64,000 bases of DNA from Eledone cirrhosa. Lineage: Eukaryota. Position numbers and translations under genes: made by a program. Location of the stretch: the NCBI GenBank assembly GCA_964016885.1, contig OZ024741.1, positions 217,806,001-217,870,000 of the forward strand. The letters run 5' to 3'. Positions 1 through 13,562 of this stretch are shown here, one piece after another. The notes beneath the pieces are model-generated. The model did no database searches. It saw only the letters and a program-made list of their open reading frames with translations, and was not told the origin of the DNA. Every line of letters begins with the position of its first letter. The stretch's first letter is position 1.

Positions 1-2430
1 ATCGACAAAAACTTGGTATAAGTCCATTCGCTGCTCAATGCATTTCTCTTGAAGTTGTTTGGCCGAGAAAATCATGTCACCAGTGCCTCTGCCATTCCTA
101 AAGCCACATTGGGACTCAGGAAGTACCTCAATAGCATTGTGCTGTATCAATCTGTCCAACAATATCCTGCACTAGATCTTCCCAGCCACAGATAGCAGTG
201 TAATACCTCTGTAGTTGCCACAGTCATCTTTGGCTCCCTTTCCTTTGTAAAGTACCACCATCAGTGCATTTTTCCAATCCTGTGGCACATCTTCTTCATT
301 CCAAACATTTACAAAGAGATCAGTGAGGTGGTTTAAGAAGTTATCACCAGCACATTTGAAAATCTCGGCACTCAGTCCATCCATTCCAGGTGACTTGCTG
401 CTGTTTAATTTGGCAATGGCCTTCACCATCTCATCAAATGAAGGAGGATCAGCCATTCCCAGCTTTGTAGGTCTGGATGGAATCGACCGGATGAACTCAT
501 CATCAATTTCTGATGGTCTGTTGAGAAGCTCATCAAAGTGGTCATGCCACCTGATCAGGATTTCCTTCGGATCTCTGAGCAATTCCTTGCCGTCCCCGGA
601 GCGAAGTGGTGATATTTGTGAACCGGTCGGACCATACACCTCCCTGAGCAGACTGTATAGGTGCTTTGTATCATGTCTATCTGAGGCCTTCTGGATTTCA
701 TCAGCCTTTTGGCTCCACCAGTTATCTTGCATGACTCTCAATCGATGTTGCACGCGTGCTTTGATCTGCCTGAAGGCCCGGTCACTCCTGTCAGAACGTG
801 TCTCACACAACAATGATGTCAGCACTTTTTGTTTCTCTTCAAGCAAGGTAGGGATCACTGGATCATTTTCATCGAACCAGTCTTTATGCTTTCTATTGGT
901 ATGACCCAAAACTCCAGCACTAACATCATAGACGGTTTTCTTCAATGATTCCCAAGTGTTTTCACATTCTATGGACTCAAGGGACCTTGAAAGCTCAGCT
1001 CTGACTTTCTCTGTTTTCAGACGAGCCACGTTTAGTTGTTTTGGAAGTGCAACCTTCTTCCCCCTTACTTTGGGCTTCACAACAAATTGAAACTTAGCGC
1101 GCACCAGACGATGATCAGTCCAACATTCCGCGCCTCGCAATACACGAACCAATATGATATCCCTGATATCACGTTTTCTCGTTAAAACGAAGTCAATAAG
1201 GTGCCACTTCTTGGAACCTGGATGCATCCAAGTTGTCTTATATTTGTCTTTCTGCTGAAAGAGCGTGTTCCCAACAACAAGATCCATCTCAGTGCACATC
1301 TGCAACAGAAGTAGGCCATTGTTATTGCACTTACCTACTCCATCCCAGCCCATCACACTCCAAGCTTCCCAGTCATTACCAAGGATGACAATCTTGTCTG
1401 CATAAGGTATACCATGGATGACCTCTCTCAAAGACATGTAGAAACTTAGTTTTTCATTATCATTAGCACAGACAGTGGGAGCGTACACACTGACCAGAGT
1501 CACAAAGCGGTTTTGAATCAGAGGGACTCTCATGGACATTATCCGATCATTGAAACCACAAGGAAGATTTTCCAGCTTTGAGACGATTCCATTCCTGACT
1601 GCAAATGTGACCCCTGCCTTTCTCCTACAACCCTCTGCTCCACCACTCCAATAGAAGGTATATCCTCCTTCTTTTCTGTGAATTGCTTCTGAAAGAGCAA
1701 CGATGTCCATGCTATAGCGATCGAGTTCCCACGACACCAAAGCAGATCTTCTTTCAGGGCGAGTTTCACTGGACTGGGAATCCAGCAAAGTTCTTACATT
1801 CCAACATCCAATATTCAGAGGTTTTAACCTCCTTGCAGTTGTAGGATGACGACCGGGCCCACGTTGCGGTGTCATGAAAAACCTGCCGGGCCAGACCCCT
1901 TCACAATCATTTCCAGATCCCTTACTGCCATTGACTTCAAGGTTATCATCTGTCAGCATAGAGTTTGGTGCACTTTTAGGATACGGCCAGCCACACGAAC
2001 CTGTAACAGATCCTGAACAAGCGATGCCTGTGCTTTGAAGGTTTTTTAAGTGGGGAAAAGCCTTGAACGCGACCAATCCCACTCTCTGAGCATCGAAAAC
2101 ACTACCCGAAAAGGAGAACTGGTCAACATCATCGGATGCTTCCAAAGCCGCAGGTTTTTTTCAGAGTTTCCCTCTCCTAGAAAGGTGTTTTAACAACAAC
2201 AGGGGGCCCTTCACTGCCAGGCAGAAAAAAAGTACTATTTGGATGGCCGTTGACTCTGCTCTTTGCCAGGTTTTGTATTTCATCCCCCAGGGTGTCCAAA
2301 TATCACCCTTCTCACCAAGCAAGCTTGGTGGGGTTGTCGGTTTAGTCGCCGACGATCCGACCATGAGACAGGTAGTACTGGGTTACATGTTACCAGTAGC
2401 ACCCGAGAGCAACCTGACACTCAGGATCTG
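1..2430 (-). mobile_element. RTE-clade (BovB-like) LINE: 5' UTR, APE endonuclease and start of RT; runs off window start; disrupted
   Basis: ORF 172-2145(-) has APE motifs LNIGCWNVRTLLD, VSVYAPT, TWMHPGSKKWHLIDF, ECWTDHRLV and RT-proximal KSPGMDG...NYRGITLLSVAGKI. After a TAG the frame continues LPESQCGFRNGRGTGDMIF...QEKC...FVD. Confidence 0.92.
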
Positions 2431-2461
<31 letters not shown>

Positions 2462-2466
2462 CATAC

Positions 2467-5400
2467 CATGACACAGTCAACGCGATCATTCGCATAATGT
2501 GGTGTGGGAGACTATTTATTAATACTAATGCTACAACTACAGTCATGTTGAATAACTGGTTATTCTTCTAACTATATCTTCTGAAGACACCTTTTATTCA
2601 AATTCGTAGAGATATCCGACTAAATACATAATTCATTTTACAAGGATTTGCTACAATCAGCATGGCTGAACACAACATCAACAACAAAATTAAGGAAGTA
2701 TCGAATACAAACAACGAGAAAGGTAAACAAACTTTATTCAGTTGTAGCTACAGAAGAAACCGAAATTATAAATCGCATTTCTCTTGGGGTTGCGAACTAA
2801 ATGATGATTTGTTTAATTATTATAAAATGGCAAAAAAACAATCCCTCCATTGGCTATATGAACAGAATGAAGCTACACTGGGACGAAATGCACCCAGAGT
2901 TAAATTATTTCACAGCGAAACAATTACGCCAACAAGCGACGTTTGTTGAAAGTAAAAATAAGATAAATATTATTAATTGTAAGTCCCCACAACAAACATG
3001 GGATCAACAACACGTGCTACAGGTCGCCATGCTACTAGACTTCCTAGCAGCCAGGTCGAACAGCGCCTTGAAACAACTATGCCTGTAAGACGTGTACCAT
3101 CTAAGACTACCTCGAATGCTGGGGAAAACACTATCGATAATAATAATAATCGAAGAAATTTGACACCACGTGTACCATCCGAGTCTACCTCGACTGTTGT
3201 GGAAAATACTATCGATAATGATAATAATCAAAAGTATAAACAATTGAAAATTTCCCCCAACGAAATCTTCCAGAGAGAAATTAATTCATGTATAAATATC
3301 TCTCTTGCTGAACGTATTAAAACGACAATATTTAATAATAAAAAAACCAAATAATGAAATATTACGTGTTATTGACGAAATAGGGGATGAATATTTACGA
3401 CGGATAAAAACCCCAACATTTTGGTAAATCAACGCCTGTTTATATGCCTTAGCAACGACAGTGAAGCATTATCTTGGTGATAGCAGAGATGTTAACAAGA
3501 GCAAAACACCACCAAAAATACCATCATCTATAACTAAAATAGAAAAAAAGATTGCTGACCTACGAAAAACCATAGGATATGTGACAATGCTCCTTACATG
3601 CAAACAAACACAAAAAAATCTCACTCCTCACCAACAAAGAGTGAAAAATAAAATAGACACGATGTTTGGTAACAGTAGAACTAGAACTCTTCAATATAAG
3701 CTATTCACCCTCAAACAAGAATTGAGAGCTGTTAGCGAAAAACGCCGATACCTGAAGAAGGTAGATGAGAGAAAAGTGCTTAATAAAAGATTCAGACGAA
3801 ACCAAACATCAGTCTATAGAGATATGAAGAACAAAATAATAAGTGTCACTGAGGCCCCATCCCAGAAAGACATAGATTCCTTTTGGAGTAAAATATGGGG
3901 TGAAAAGAGGAATTTCAATCAAGATGTAGTGTGGCTAAAAGAAATCCGAAAGAACTATTGCTCCTACACTACAACAAAAACATACGAAATAAGTGAGGGT
4001 ACCCTAGAGACTGTTATAGGAAAACTCCAAGATAAGAAAACACCAGGAAGAGAAATGGTTGTTGGCTACTGGTTCAAAAAACTGATATTCTATCGGAGGT
4101 ATCTTACTGACCTCTACCAACAAGTTCTTAAGGGAGATACACTTATACCAGAATGGTTGACATTAACACAAACATTACTGGTCCCCAAGAACAAAGACAC
4201 CCACTTGGCAAAAAACAACCGACCCATTGCATGCCAGAACCTGATGTATAAGATGTATACAGCCTGCCTGAACCTATTCCTCCAAGATCACTGTGAAAAT
4301 AATAACATCATCACAGATGAACAAGCAGCTGGACAGAAAGGGGTTTGGGGATGTGCTGAACAACTCCTAATCAACAAAACTGCGATCGATGTCGGAGGTG
4401 CGACAACTTAGGAGGAATATGGCTAGAGTCTGGCTGGACTACAGGAAAGCTTTCGATTCTGTTCCCCACTCTTGGATGATAGAGGCCCTCCAACTTGCTT
4501 AAGTCCCAGACATTATTATCAGAGCCATAGAGAAGCTGTCTTCTTCTTGGGCTACTATCCTAAGGTTAAAGACAGAGAGGGAGGACTCTATTTTCACTGA
4601 TAAAATAAAATATCGCAGGGGTATATTTCAGGGAGACAGTCTCTCTGTGATATTATTCATCCTGTCATTAAACCCCTTGTCCTTTCTGCTCAAGAAATGT
4701 GAAGGATACATCATTGGCTCACAGGAGGACAGAAATACGAACCTAACCCATAATTTCTTTGTGGATGATCTGAAACTCTATGCCAAGAACATGGATGGGA
4801 TGAAGAAAAATCTTAACCTGGTTACAACGTTCTCAAATGATATAGGAATGGAGTTTGGCCAAGATAAATGCTCATATATGACTGTAAAGCGGGTAAAAAC
4901 AACAACCCAATCTAGCAACATTGTCATCAATGGCCTAATTGTTTCACCGATATCTGATGAGGACTGCTACAGATATCTGGGGATAGATGAGAACATATCC
5001 TATGAAGGTATCTGTAATAAGGAACGCGTAACCAGGGAATACTACACCCGATTAAGAAAGATTTGGTCATCGGAACTCTCTGCGCAAAACAAAACAGTGG
5101 CTCACAATGTGTTTGCTGTGTCTGTTCTAACACCAACGTTTGGAATACTCAATTGGACGATAGACGAAATCCGAGCAGTTGATGTTGGAACTCGAAAAAT
5201 ACTAAACAACACCGGAAACTTCCACATCAACAGCGACATAGACCGCCTTTACTTGAAACGTAAGCAGGGAGGCAGAGGCCTAACACCAATCCAGACAGCA
5301 TTTGAATGTTGCATCATATCCCTCCGACAACGTCTACGAACCTCGAAGCGTAGGAGCCCGTTTCTCCAACAAGTCTATCTGCATGAAACAGATAAGATCA

Positions 5401-6540
5401 TGAGAGTTGGGAAGGAACACCTCGAGAGATATTCCCTGGGTGATATCAAAAACTCACACCCAGGGAAGTCGCTCAGCTGTATCGCAGTGAATCCATGGAT
5501 GAAAAACTGCATGCTTATCAGAAAATAATCATGCCTGGATATGTTGCCAGGAAGCTCCAGAGTGAGAGTAATATAGATAAAGAAAGTAGTCTATATTAGA
5601 CCAACAACCGCTATATTGGCTCATACTTTGAAGGATACGCTTTTGCAATCCAAGAACAGGAAATTAACACGAAATACCTGATTCACAAAAGTGATAGGGA
5701 TGCAAGCAAAACACCTAGATGTGATAACAAGTACAGACTCTGCAGAACTAACATCGAAAATCTAGCAGCTGTTCAAAGATGTCATCGCGGTACTATCTAC
5801 CTATGAGGCATGATGTAGTGGCCATCACACTGTATAATGCAATCCGTAAAAAAGATAGCCCCGATAATAAATACATTAAAAGCTACAGCAATGTGGAAGA
5901 CATCCATGTATATAATATGAAAGAGTACTGGTGGAATGTTCCAGTAAAAACCCCAATAAAATGCAGGCATAACAGACCAGATATTATGATATAGGACAGG
6001 GAGAAGAAAACATGCACAGTAGTGGAAATTAGCTGCCCAGCAGTTGCCAATATAATATCAAAGATTAGCGAAAAGGAGAATATTTATGCAGAACTGATGA
6101 GAAATCTGCAGATACTCCACCCAGATTACACCTTCAGATTTATGCCTGTGATTATTGGGGCACTGGGTTATGTTAGTAACTGCCTCAATACAAATCTTGA
6201 GAAGCTAGGTTTCACAGGAACAGAAAGAACACAACTAGTTAGGAAATTACAAGTACAATCCATTAATGGAATAGTAAAAATATGTAAAATATTCCAAATA
6301 TTTTGCATCTAATAACTGCATATACACATGTACAGATACAAAGCATATACACATGCACACATACAACTCAAAACATCCACATCCACACATACAATAACAT
6401 CCATATCTACACATGCATGCATACATACATAATCTACCCAATTGATGTTGTGTAAATTCCAACGAGAGAGTCTTGTAACTATATTAGAAACCGAATCTTT
6501 CTCTATTGGTAAACATTTGTGAAATTATAACACCAGAAGA
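2467..6540 (+). mobile_element. R4/Dong-like non-LTR retrotransposon with RT and C-terminal restriction-like endonuclease; near full length, pseudogenised; flanked by (TACA)n
   Basis: RT motifs RPIACQNLMYK, WLDYRKAFDSVPHSW, GIFQGDSLS, FVDDLKLYA, YRYLGI, RLYLKRKQGGRGL. C-terminal RHDVVA, RHNRPDIMI, VEISCP, PVIIGALG. Multiple stops and frameshifts. (TACA)n at 2432-2466 and 6541-6582. Confidence 0.88.
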
Positions 6541-6718
6541 ACATACATACATACATACATACATACATACATACATACATACCTTGACCTATTTCTCAAA
6601 CATGGTTGACACGAACATGAGGTTTTAGCTCTTCCAAGGACTTAGATTTTTTTCTACATATGTTGCAGCGAAACAAAATGGAAAAGGCCATGACTCGTCA
6701 AATTCGTTTAAATCAAGT

Positions 6719-6960
6719 GATGCCTGTACTTAAAGCTTTTATAATTGAAGAAAGGCTTTGCATTGGACCAATCCCACTCTCTGAACAATGGTGACAGTTA
6801 TATCAAAAAGAAGAACAGGTCAACCTCATGGCTGTCATTGAGGCACAGGTTTACATCAGAGTTTTTCGACTCCTAGAATGATGTCCTAACAAGTACTAGG
6901 GGTTCCTCACTCTCAGTGGGCTAACCACGAGCTTGGGCACCAAACCGAGTATTTCTATGT
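6719..6960 (-). mobile_element. Diverged remnant of an RTE 5' region
   Basis: Colinear with 2022-2220: gatgcctgt..., accaatcccactctctga, aagaacaggtcaac, cagagttt...ctcctagaa. Confidence 0.65.
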
Positions 6961-6964
6961 CCCC

Positions 6965-6965
<1 letters not shown>

Positions 6966-7046
<81 letters not shown>
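6966..7046. repeat. (CA)n microsatellite
   Basis: Direct read. Confidence 0.98.
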
Positions 7047-7049
<3 letters not shown>

Positions 7050-7413
7050 GCATTCATACTAATAGAGACAGCTATAAACATTTGAAGAAAACAAACCTGT
7101 TTATAGATATATTTTGCTAAATCATTGCAGGATGCTAAGAATGAAATTGGAATCATTTCAAATGAGTAATTTTGTTACACAGCCGGTTTTTGGCCGGTTT
7201 TGGCCGTGTAAGTATCACAAAAGGTCAATGGGCTGGTCAACTACTTTGAATACAAGTTGTGGAGAGTATTTGACCGCTTGTTGGTATTATTAAGAACCAG
7301 GGGAAGTTAATTGGTTGTCCAGTTGTCTATATTTGCTGCTCTACTAAACATGGTGTTATGTAACTTATTGCCGCCTTTTGAGTGTTTTTAAACCGACCTC
7401 TGCTTGCTGGGTA

Positions 7414-7489
7414 TTTCTTCTTCTTCTTCTTCTTCTTCTTCTTCTTCTTCTTCTTCTTCTTCTTCTTCTTCTTCTTCTCCTCCTCCCTC

Positions 7490-7568
<79 letters not shown>
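7414..7568. repeat. Compound (TTC)n-(CTA)n microsatellite
   Basis: Direct read. Confidence 0.98.
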
Positions 7569-7649
7569 ATCTCACTCCCCACTAAAAGCTTCATTTTGTA
7601 TTACAACCAACTTTTGTTGATTTTTGTTGATTTTTTTTCCTTCTAAATG

Positions 7650-7972
7650 TCACGACCCATTTTATTGTGATGGGTTTCCGTCTGTTTCGACGAGGAGTAT
7701 TCCAGTTATTTGATGAACAGAACAGCCTGCTTATGAAATTAACGTATAAGAGGCTGAGCGTTTCATAGACATGTGCACCCTTCCCATAATTCCCATGAAG
7801 ATTCAGTGTGACACGGCTGGCCCATTGAATTACAGGTACACTCATTCCAACTAGTTTCGAGATAGTTTACGTCTACCCACATTCACTTAAAATGCTTGGG
7901 TCGACCCAAGCCTGGGGTAAACGATGCCCAAAATTACCCATGATGCCATACAGTGGGATAGAAACCCCGGAC
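7650..7972 (-). mobile_element. Diverged SINE-like remnant(s)
   Basis: Degenerate tRNA-like B-box end (gtgggatagaaacccc); body resembles common cephalopod SINE sequence (from memory). Confidence 0.4.
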
Positions 7973-7994
7973 GTATTTATAGAGAACTCTATAG

Positions 7995-9545
7995 ATCACA
8001 ATTGTTGTTACATACTGTCACATATAATGTTACACTGTCACATATATTGTTACACTATCACAGATAATGTTACACTGTCACAGATATTGTTACACAGTAA
8101 AAGATATTGTTACACTGTGTAACAGCTATTGTTACACTGTCACAGTTAGTGTTACACTGTCACATATATTGTTACACTATCACAGACAGATATAGTTTCA
8201 CTGTCACAGACATTGTTACACTGTCACAGATATAGTTACACTGTCACAGTTAGTGCTACACTGTCACAGATATTGTTACACAGAAAAAGATATTGTTACA
8301 CTGTGTAACAGCTATTGTTACACTGTCACAGTTAGTGTTACACTGTCACATATATTGTTACACTATCACAGACAGATATAGTTTCACTGTCACAGACATT
8401 GTTACACTGTCACAGATATAGTTACACTGTCACAGTTAGTGTTACACTGTCACAGATATTGTTACACTGTCACAGATATAGTAAAACTGTCACAGACATT
8501 GTTACACTGTCACATATATTGTTATACAGTCACATATATTGTTACACTGTCACAGACATTGTTACACTGTCATAGATATTGTTACACAGTCACAGATAGT
8601 TACACTGTCACAGATATAGTAACACTGTCACAGATATAGTTACACTGTTACATATAGTTACACTGTCACAGATATAGTTACACTGTCACAGACATTGTTA
8701 CACTGTCACAGACATTGTTACACTGTCACAGATATTGTTACTCTGTCACATATATTGTTACACAGTCACATATAGTTACACTGTCACAGATATTGTTACA
8801 CTGTCACATATATTGTTACACAGTCACATATATTGTTACAGTCACATATATTGTTACACTGTCACATATATTGTTACACTGTCACAGATATAGTTACACT
8901 GTCACAGACAGTGTTACACTGTTACATATATTGTTACATAGTCACAGATATTGTTACACTGTCACAGATATAGTTACACTGTCACAGACATTGTTACACA
9001 GTCACATATATTGTTACACATTCAGATATTGTTACACTGTCACAGATATTGTTACACTGTCACAGTTAGTGTTACACTGTCACATATATTGTTACACTGT
9101 CACAGATATAGTTACACTGTCACATATATTGTTACACATTCAGATATTGTTACACTGTCACAGATATTGTTACCCTGTCACATATATTGTTACACTGCCA
9201 CAGACATTGTTACACTGTCACAGACATTGTTACACTGTCACAGACATTGTTACACAGTCACATACATTGTTACACTGTCATAGACATTGTTACACTGTCA
9301 CAGACATTGTTACACTGTCACAGATATAGTTACACTGTCACAGACATTGTTACACTGTCACAGACATTGTTACACTGTCACAGACATTGTTACACTGTCA
9401 CAGACATTGTTACACTGTCACAGATATAGTTACACTGTCACAGACATTGTTACACTGTCACAGACATTGTTACAAAGTCACATATATTGTTACACTGTTA
9501 CAGACATTGTTACACTGTCACAAATTGTGTGACACTGTAACAGAT
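7995..9545. repeat. 20-bp minisatellite, consensus CAGA(C/T)ATTGTTACACTGTCA, about 75 units
   Basis: Direct read; explains the LHCH/YTVT pseudo-ORFs. Confidence 0.97.
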
Positions 9546-9599
9546 ATCTCATGTTACCTCTTATCACTTGTTTTGTGTTGCTCTTGTTTGTTGGTTTCT

Positions 9600-10040
9600 T
9601 TCTTTTTTCTCTTTTTTCTTCCTTCCTTCTTTTCCCTCTTCCTTCCCATCCTCCTTCCTTCACTCCATCCTCCCCTCCTTTCTTACTCCCTTCCTTCCTT
9701 CCTCCTCTCCTTTCTTCCTTTCTTCCCTCCATCCCTCCTTCCACCCCTTGCTTCCTTCCCTCCTTCCTTACTTCCCTCCTCCCTTACTTCCCTCCTTCCT
9801 TCCCGACCTCCCTTCCTTCCTTCCCTGCCTCCCTCCTTCAATCCTCCCTTCCTTCCCTCCATCTCTCCTTCCAACCATCCATCCTTCCTTCCTTCCTTCC
9901 TTCCTTCCTTCCTTCCTTCCTTCCTTCCTTCCTTCCTTCCTTCCTTCCTTCCTTCCTTCCTTCCTTCCTTCCTTCCTTCCTTCCTTCCTTCCTTCCTTCC
10001 TTCCTTCATCTCTCCTTCCTTCTATCCTTCCCTCCATCCT
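9600..10040. repeat. (TTCC)n pyrimidine-rich tract
   Basis: Direct read. Confidence 0.97.
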
Positions 10041-10139
10041 TATATCCTCTTACATTACTCATGTATCTTTTTATCACTCCAATCAGTTGAATAGCTTCTT
10101 TCAAAGTTTTGGGAGTAGTCCCCCCCCTCTCTCACACAC

Positions 10140-10183
<44 letters not shown>

Positions 10184-10226
10184 CACTTATACACTCATAT
10201 ATATGCATTAAATATGTATGTATCTA

Positions 10227-10293
<67 letters not shown>

Positions 10294-10327
10294 GGGGGAT
10301 AGGTAGACAGATAGGTAAATAGATATG

Positions 10328-10391
<64 letters not shown>

Positions 10392-10881
10392 TATACACAA
10401 ATGCACGTGTACACATATATATATAAACACACGTACACATATATATGTAATATTGTGCAGTCTAAGTTAGAAATTTCTCAAGACATATATTAAAATAAAC
10501 ATAGATTAGATAACCGAGACTTGATCGTGTTTCTGTTAATCGGGTTTATTATGAAACACAAACCTTTTTCTGTCGGATGACAAATAAATAACGAAACAGG
10601 GCTATATACACCCGCGAGACGGAATACATTAAACAGGAGTTATATATACTAGTATTAAGTTAAAATATCTGTGGACTCAAATCTCTTGTTTAAGTGTAGA
10701 CCAGTGCTTCTCAAACTATCTGATGTGGCTGACCGGCATTTTTTTTTTCAATGTGCCACGTACCGCTAATATTTCGTAGTAATATTAATTTATACTGGAA
10801 ACGATATATATAATGAATATAATAATAGTTGACCATTTTTTTATCTTCTATTTATTTTGTAAACAAATAATACAATATCAA

Positions 10882-11466
10882 GGCATACGTCAAGACCGGC
10901 GGTCTCAAAAGTGAAACTAATTTTTGACAGTTACGATTGTGAATTTTTTTTTTTTTTTTTACAACAGGTCTCAATAGTGAAAGTATAATGCAGACACACG
11001 CAATTGTATGGATTTCTTAATATATATATATGTGTGGGTGGGTGTGTATATGTGTGTATATATATGTGTGTGTGTATGTATATATATATATGTGTGTGTT
11101 TGTATATATATGTGTTTGTGTCATCATCATCATCGTTTAACGTCTATCTTCCACGCAAGCATGGGTTTAGACGTATATATATATGTTTGTGTGTATATAT
11201 GTGTTTGTGTGTATATATATATGTGTGTTTGTGTGTTTTCTTTCAACTCACAATGTCATTATTTTAAAAAAAATTTTCCGTACACACAATACACACAAAA
11301 AAAAAAAAAATAATAATCACGTACACGCAATACTAATTAACACCATATCACTATAGAGACCTGTTGTAAAAAAACAAACAAATTCACAATCCAAATTGAA
11401 AGTAATCACTTACGTAACTGTCAAAAGTTAGTTTCACTTTTGAGACCACCCGTCTTGACATATGCC
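10882..11466. mobile_element. Mutator-like MITE nested in the hAT element
   Basis: About 100-bp imperfect TIRs (ggcatacgtcaagac...tagtga / tcacta...gtcttgacatatgcc); 9-bp TSD CAATATCAA (10873-10881, 11467-11475). Confidence 0.8.
11121..11173 (-). mobile_element. Extreme 3' end of the (GAT)n-tailed RTE family
   Basis: (TCA)n followed by cgtttaacgtctatcttccacgcaagcatgggt, matching the reverse complement of 52540-52597. Confidence 0.75.
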
Positions 11467-11771
11467 CAATATCAAAACATATAAAAAAGTAATAAAAAAA
11501 TTCCTCAAATGATTCCTTAGCATGGCCTGGACACTGGCCGCGTACCGGTAGCTGATGGATGGCTCGCGTGCCGGCACCGGTCCGCGGACCACCACTTTGA
11601 GTAGCACTGGTGTAGACAATCTACAACAAAATGCATTAGCCAGTTCAGATTTAACCTGTTGTTGGGCCACTACTTTAGAAATATATTTCAGGATACAAGA
11701 GTGTATTTTCCTGCTGGGGGTCTACGAGAAAGCTCAACGAAAAACAATCTTAAAACAATATACATTAATGT

Positions 11772-11962
11772 AATTGTTTCTACTTTTGGCACAAGGCCAG
11801 CAATTATCCCAGTGCATTACTGGTACTTTATTTTGTCGACCCTGTAAGGATGAAAGGCAAAATTAACCCCGGCGGGATTTGAACTCAGATCATAAAGGGG
11901 TGTAACTCTATGCTGCAAAGCATGGCGTCCGACCCTCTACCGATACTGCCAATCCATCACCC
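11772..11962 (-). mobile_element. tRNA-derived SINE family A, full length
   Basis: Minus strand: A-box-like TGGCAGTATCGG, B-box GAGTTCAAATCC, body gcctttcatccttac...ggtcga(t/c)aaaataaagtaccag, 3' end ccaaaagtagaaac plus (AAT)n. Confidence 0.88.
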
Positions 11963-12097
11963 TTGCCAATCCACCTAATATAATGTTATGCAGACTAATT
12001 TAAAAACTACCATCTTCTAGATGTATATATTTAATTTTTTATATACCTACCTTGGGTTTTTTCTTTTTTCTTTTTTTCTTTTTTCTTTTTTCTTTTT

Positions 12098-12196
12098 TGT
12101 TCAAATCCTGCCAAGGTTAGCTTTGCCTTTCATCCTTACGGGGTCGATAAAATAAAGTACCAGTAATGAACTGGGGTCAAATTAATCGACTTCCTC
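12098..12196 (+). mobile_element. SINE family A fragment
   Basis: gttcaaatcc...gcctttcatccttacggggtcgataaaataaagtaccag. Confidence 0.85.
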
Positions 12197-12404
12197 CTTT
12201 AATTTTCACTGGATGCTCCGTGATTAACAATGATGTGACGAAGGCGCTTCTCCGACTCCATCGAGAATTAAGGACTCAAAGAAGAAAGTAAGGAGGTGGA
12301 AGAAGGATTTATAGGAGATTTCTGTGTGTTTATTGTGTTTTCTCATGTTCTTCGGCAACTGCTTTATTTCCTGCCCTACAAGAGTTTCCATGTTTATTTG
12401 TGGA

Positions 12405-13562
12405 GTATACCTTCCATAAAGGATGTCTGTAGGAAAGCTGCCATATCTGCTGGCGCCAACAAAGTGTCAAGCGAAGAGCTGCACTGCAAAACTGGTTGCA
12501 ATACTGTGACCCTTGAAATATAACATCTGTAACCAAGGAAGAGTGAGGTGGCTAGGTTACACTCTCAGAATAGACCAGGACAAGATACTAAAGGTAAGAT
12601 TATGGTGGACACTACCTGGTAAGTGAAAGCCTGGAGGGCCGAAAAATACCTGACGTAGAATAATTGAAGGTGAGCTGGGAGAAATACATCTGACATGGCG
12701 CAAGTTAGAGAGACTTACTAAAACCTGCTCTTAGATGTGGCAAGTTACAGATAGCTGTTTAAGATTGGTCTTATATGTGGCAAGTTACAGAGGACTGTCT
12801 AAGATTGGTTTTACGTGTGGCAAGGTACAGCGAACTGTCTAAGATTGGTCTTACATGTGGCAAGTTACAGATAACTGTTTAAGATTGGTCTTACATGAGG
12901 CAAGTTACAGATAGCTGTTTAAGATTGGTCTTACACGTGGCAAGGTACAGCGAACTGTCTAAGATTGGTCTTACATATGGCAAGTTACAGACAGCTGTTT
13001 AAGATTATAGGATAAGGTATAGAGAAAGTTACATAAGACTGGTCTTACATGGGACAGTCTACAGAGACAGCTACATAAGACAGGTACTACACAAGAAAAT
13101 GTATATAGACTGATATATAAGACTGGTCTTATTTGGGACGAGGTACAGAGACAGCTATATTTGACAGGTATTACTTAGGACAAGGTAATGAGACATCTAC
13201 ATAAGATTGGTCTTACATGGGATAAGATAGAGATACATCTACATAAGACAAGTCTTACATGGGACAAGGAAATGAGACGTCTACATAAGACAGGTATTAC
13301 ATGGGACATTGCACAGAGATAGCTACATAAGACAGGTCTTACATGGGACATTGTACAGAGATAACTACATAAGATTGGTCTTACATGGGACAAGGTAATG
13401 AGACATCTACATAAGATTGGTCTTACATGGGACAATGCACAGAGATAGCTACATAAGACAGGTCTTACATGGGTCAAAATATAAAGACAGTTACATAAGA
13501 GACCAGCCTGAAAGGCGTCGGAAAGTCGACGCCTTATTTCCCAATTGTAAAGAAGAGTATTA
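12405..13562 (+). mobile_element. Decayed 3' end of an RTE-like LINE interrupted by a 40-bp minisatellite
   Basis: Remnant FHKGCL...NKVSSEELHCKTG...RWLGYTLR...PGGPKNT...LTW; resumes after the array with ...VDALFP. Confidence 0.65.
12725..13503. repeat. About 40-bp minisatellite (AAGATTGGTCTTACATG(T/G)G(G/A)CAAG(T/G)TACAGA...), about 19 units
   Basis: Direct read. Confidence 0.92.

Larger units (their letters stand above)
10702..11609. mobile_element. Non-autonomous hAT (Buster/Charlie-type) element
   Basis: TIRs CAGTGCTTCTCAAA / TTTGAGTAGCACTG; perfect 8-bp TSD GTGTAGAC (10694-10701, 11610-11617). Confidence 0.9.

Noticed and set aside
2290-2430. HDV-like ribozyme at the RTE 5' end
   Set aside because: Hairpins are visible, but the nested double pseudoknot could not be built by eye; needs a descriptor search.
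7995-13503. CRISPR-like arrays (20-bp and 40-bp repeats; also the 35.7-kb anchor repeat)
   Set aside because: No unique spacers of constant length, no cas genes, eukaryotic context.
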